Origin: a virus
Lineage: Duplodnaviria; Caudoviricetes
Strand: one strand, 5' to 3'
Length of the DNA: 64,000 bases
Virus record (IMG/VR): IMGVR_UViG_3300022824_000016
Coordinates: 1-64,000 of that record
Of this stretch, positions 60,024 through 64,000 are shown piece after piece. The notes under the pieces were generated by a model. The model saw only the letters and a program-made list of their open reading frames with translations. It had not been told where the DNA came from and ran no database searches. Made by a program: the position numbers and the translations under genes. Each line of letters begins with the position of its first letter. Within the stretch, counting starts at the first letter, position 1.

Positions 60024-60401
60024 ATGTTGGAAAGGTCGAAACAAAAAAACAATTCTGCAGTCCGAAAACTTAAAGACGGCAGAGAAATTTGCAATCTGCT
60101 GACCAAAGAAGGACGCGATGAATACATGCGGCGCATCCGCACGATGTGGGAGCGGCAGGGACGGCGGTGCTGTCTGGAAGGCTGGATCAAAGAGTGTCCA
60201 GGAGCTTTGAAAATCAGCGATGCAACTTTTGAGCACCAGGATGGGCGGGGCATGGACGCCGGGCACCGCGACGACAGGATCGAGAAACCCGATCCAAAGA
60301 CGGGCGAGATGAGGCCCTATAACGGAGCGGCGCACGCATGGTGCAACAGCAGAAAGTTGTCGAAACGGATGGACTACACGAACTTTTACGAGGTGCCGTA
60401 G
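60024..60401 (+). CDS. HNH-like small protein
   Basis: CC...ATFEH...AAHAWCNSRK. Confidence 0.5.
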   Translation: MLERSKQKNNSAVRKLKDGREICNLLTKEGRDEYMRRIRTMWERQGRRCCLEGWIKECPGALKISDATFEHQDGRGMDAGHRDDRIEKPDPKTGEMRPYNGAAHAWCNSRKLSKRMDYTNFYEVP

Positions 60402-60566
60402 TGACAATGCAAAAAGTTTACACATGCAACATTTGCGGCACTGATCGCAAAAATGCCAACCATTGGTTTGTGGTCGGCACATCACTACCGGAAAGGTTTA
60501 TGGCGCAAAACGCAGAACAACCAACGCAATCAACCTCCCGCTGCGGCGGAGAAATGAGAGAAGACA

Positions 60567-61109
60567 ATGAATCGCAGATTCTTCCTGAAGACTTCAATTC
60601 CAACAGGCGTCATGGTAGCGGGAGCACCTTCTCTGTTAACCATGGAGGGATGTGATTCGGCTACGCTGAAAAGTTATCTTAACACCGTTTTGGATGCTGC
60701 CGAAAAAATTTTAGCATTGAGCAGTTCTACCGAATCCTGGTACACCACTCTGACCAAAGCTATTGCGGCATTGAAGGCTACTGAATCGAGCTGGAGCGGC
60801 AGCACGGCGGTGGCTGCAATAATCAGCGCCCTCGACACACTGGAAGCGGTGTTGGCAGTGATTCCACTGACCTCTGGCTATTCAGTCCTGATTGATTTGC
60901 TGGTATCAGTAATCGACACGATTCTGACTACTTTCGTTTCGGCAACAGCACCAGCGGCGATTCCTAAAGCGATGGCTATGGCTAATGCGCACCGCGGTCG
61001 TATACCGCTGAAGAAGCCACACCTTTTTCAGAGCAAAGTCGGTGCTTTTAAGCAGCAATGGAATGAGCTGGTATCTGCCAACCCCGATTTGGCAAAAGCA
61101 AAACTGTAA
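60567..61109 (+). CDS. Putative Tat-exported (lipo)protein
   Basis: MNRRFFLK twin-arginine motif; ..MEGC possible lipobox. Confidence 0.6.
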   Translation: MNRRFFLKTSIPTGVMVAGAPSLLTMEGCDSATLKSYLNTVLDAAEKILALSSSTESWYTTLTKAIAALKATESSWSGSTAVAAIISALDTLEAVLAVIPLTSGYSVLIDLLVSVIDTILTTFVSATAPAAIPKAMAMANAHRGRIPLKKPHLFQSKVGAFKQQWNELVSANPDLAKAKL

Positions 61110-61127
61110 TTTCGATGGGAGCAGAAA

Positions 61128-61865
61128 ATGCATTGTCTGGGCAGAAAGGCAGTAAAAACTGATACGCGCACGCTGCGTTTGGCAAAATATCTCACCCCAA
61201 CCCTTCCCTCTCCGCCACCGGCAGTGGACTGGACAAAGGGAATCACGTCGTTTGGCGAAATGCTCAACAATCAGATTGGAGACTGCACGATTGCCGGGTT
61301 GGGACATGCAATACAAATATGGAGCGCAAACACCAGCACGGAAGTTACTCTTTCCGACACAATCATCCAAAGCGCCTACGAGGATTGGTGCGGTTATGAT
61401 CCAAACGATCCAGATACAGATCAGGGAGGAATCGAACTAGATGTTTTGGCCGATTGGCGCAAAAATGGTCTGGGCGGTCACAAACTTTTGGCTTTTGCTG
61501 ATTCCAGCGTGGCGAACCTAACCGAAGTGCGCACCGCCATCGACTTGTTTGGGGGCGTCTATATCGGACTGAATTTGCCGATTTCGGCGCAAACGCAGGA
61601 AGTATGGGATGACATTGATTCAAAAGACGAAAATGACAACCTGGCGGGTTCGTGGGGAGGCCATGCGGTTTTTGTGCCAGCTTACGATACCAGCAGTTTT
61701 ACCTGCATCACCTGGGGCACTCTCAAAAAAATGACAACAGCTTTTTGGTTGACGTATTGCGATGAAGCTCATGCGCTGCTATCGCCGGACTGGATAGCAC
61801 AGACTGAGCAACCCGGACGCTTTGATCTGGCGACTTTGCAGACGGATCTGGCTCTTATTCACTAG
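61128..61865 (+). CDS. Papain-like cysteine peptidase-fold protein
   Basis: NQIGDCTIAG (Cys) ... WGGHAV (His) ... TWG. Confidence 0.65.
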   Translation: MHCLGRKAVKTDTRTLRLAKYLTPTLPSPPPAVDWTKGITSFGEMLNNQIGDCTIAGLGHAIQIWSANTSTEVTLSDTIIQSAYEDWCGYDPNDPDTDQGGIELDVLADWRKNGLGGHKLLAFADSSVANLTEVRTAIDLFGGVYIGLNLPISAQTQEVWDDIDSKDENDNLAGSWGGHAVFVPAYDTSSFTCITWGTLKKMTTAFWLTYCDEAHALLSPDWIAQTEQPGRFDLATLQTDLALIH

Positions 61866-61887
61866 GTTTAAGCAATAATATAAACCA

Positions 61888-61930
61888 AAGTGCGGCGCTT
61901 GTCGAGTCAAACGCCGCACTTGTTTTTTTT
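61888..61930 (+). terminator. Intrinsic terminator
   Basis: AAGTGCGGCG...CGCCGCACTT followed by a T-tract. Confidence 0.8.
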
Positions 61931-61989
61931 GAGTGGCTAAACGAAACAGGCTTGTTAAAATGACACAGTAAACAAAGAAGGAGGAAAAA

Positions 61990-63791
61990 ATGCAGTGTCC
62001 TATTCACAAGGTTGAAATGGTTTGCCCGGTTTGTGTGGGATCAATGGGAGGCAAACGCGGCGGGAAATCCCGCACGGAAACCAAGCAGAAGGCTGCGCGG
62101 AAGAATATCCAGAAAGCACGTGAAGTGCACATCGAAAAGGCACAACAAAGAAAGGCATTGGTTCTGCCACAGGAAAAAATTGACCGGAAAACGATTTGGG
62201 GTATAGATGATTGCCGCACTTATTTTTCAAGGTATCCCAGAAGAAATGTTAAAGCAAGCGATCTAATTGCCGCTGCTTCCCCCACAAAAAAAGCCAGTGC
62301 CCGCCTCTATGCAAGACAACGGCTACACATGCTGGCACAACGCGGCGAGATTGTACAGATCAGCCGAGGGATCTATCACAAGGCTGAAACGCACTAAAAG
62401 CAAAAAAATTACGATGCGCGCAAATTTTTGTGGACAAATGGCTCCTTTTCTCTTAAATTGGTGGCCAAGTCGAATCCTTTTTGAACCGAGGACTTATGCG
62501 AAATACAACAATGATGGAGAAGCTTGCAGCTGTCTTTCCAGTGAGAAAAGAAGAACCAGAAGAAATACTGTTAGACTCTATAACACTTCCTGTTCCGGTC
62601 GAAGAGGAAGTCCCTCCTGCGCCCGAACCCTCAGCAAAACCAACAATTTCGGTTACAAAAGCAAAGAGCACGGTCACAAAAGCAAAGAAGAAAAAAGTTA
62701 CACCCGCAAAGAAATCATCTTCCAAAGCAAAAAAAGTTACGACCCAGGTAGAAACCACAGACACTGTGACAATCAGGATTGTAGACACTACAAACGTAGA
62801 CACGAATGAGAGCTTAGGGCCGCGCTATATTCCTAATCCCAAACTGAAAAATCCATTTTCCGTTCATGTCTATCCGGTTCTTGCTCCGGGACAGAATGAT
62901 GATCCATATGCCGAAGAGCCGGAAACGCCCGTTTTACCGCTTGAAACAAAGCAGTCTGGTACGGAAGCGGTATCCGGGAAAGTGGAAGATGCACAGACCC
63001 AAGAACCAGTCGTTTTACAAAATGCTCCCTTAGTGGTTGAAACATCTCAACCAGAATCGACTTTGCAGATTGTTGAGGAACTAAAGGAAGAGTCCACTAT
63101 GAATGCGACCCAGGCCGTTATTGTTTCTCCTGAATCGGCAGAGAAAATCTCGCTGGTACCCCAACTAAAGTCAGATCTTCCCGTCGAGATCAAAGATTCC
63201 CCCAAACCGGAGGAAAAACCTGCTGTAGTTGTATCTTCATCGTCGAATCTTGAGTGGCTGAATAAACCCACACCTTTTAAAGACCATCTGAAAGGGATGG
63301 TGGAAAACCTGAGCGATGCCAAAAACAATATCGCGTTCACTCTGGAACAATTGCGAGCACGGCAAAAAAAGCTGGAAAGCGAACTGTTTGAAGTACAATT
63401 TTTGATCGAGCAGCAAAAAGACAATCTGCGACAACTCGACGACACAATCTCTGCCTGTGCCCTTGTCGCAGAACAAAGCGCGAGCATACCACCAGGACTG
63501 CTTACTTCTGTTACGGCTCATAAAACACACGCTAAAACAGAGGATTATACCAACGGAAAAATCAAACATCGAGGTCTGGATGATCCAACTGCGTGCCACC
63601 AGGGGGATATTGTGAAGTTTTTTGCGATGCATCCGAATTCAGACTGGACATCTTCAACAATCCTCGAAGAGTTGCCGGAGATCAAGCGAGAACACGCAAA
63701 AAAATATTTGAACGTATTGCTTCCGACGATGTATAAGGGCGGTAAAATTCAGCGGGTAGGTATCGGCATCTATCGAGCACTGGAAAGTTAA
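61990..63791 (+). CDS. Hypothetical proteins (61990-62397 basic; 62481-63791 low-complexity/coiled-coil)
   Basis: ORF track; no family recognised. Confidence 0.55.
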
Positions 63792-64000
63792 TTTGAAGGG
63801 AAGAAAGAGATGGAAGATGAATCCGAATCACTGTGGATTGGGACGTATATTTTGGATGATCAGGGAAATGCTCATCCGGAATATGATATTTTGACATGGG
63901 CAAAATGGATGGAAAAATCTGGTCGACCGTTAGTCTGCACTGAATTTGCGTGGGGAAGAGTCTCGACGGTCTTTCTTGGCCTGAATCACAATTTTTTTCC

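Overview
The window is a 64 kb piece of a temperate tailed phage. It looks excised or circular, because phage genes continue on both sides of a tRNA-3'-end att core at about 50.07 kb. From 1 to 22.3 kb (minus strand) lies the late module: signal-peptide-bearing tail-fibre-like genes, major capsid, scaffold, portal, an intein-containing large terminase and free-standing homing endonucleases. A repeat-rich non-coding switch region (22.3-24.1 kb) is followed by a plus-strand early region of many small genes with two families of dispersed DNA motifs. The most notable locus is 36.1-42.7 kb: two Y-RNA-like elements (one a circularly permuted tRNA mimic), tRNA-Thr, and a compact CRISPR-Cas system. 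That system has a 753-aa Cas12m-like (type V-M/V-U1) effector with an extra N-terminal domain and a non-canonical RuvC-I, tightly coupled to type I-C-like cas4-cas1-cas2 and an 11-repeat array. Further right are ERF/exonuclease recombination genes, xis, a P4-type integrase with an arm-domain-only paralog, attP, AlpA, a dual-frame C5 methyltransferase, replication genes, an intein-split N4/N6 methyltransferase hiding an out-of-frame HNH nuclease, and a possible lysis pair. A terminator/antiterminator-like leader occurs three times in the late region, with a candidate trans-acting sRNA at 47.27 kb. All family assignments come from motifs read by eye and recalled family features; no database search was run.
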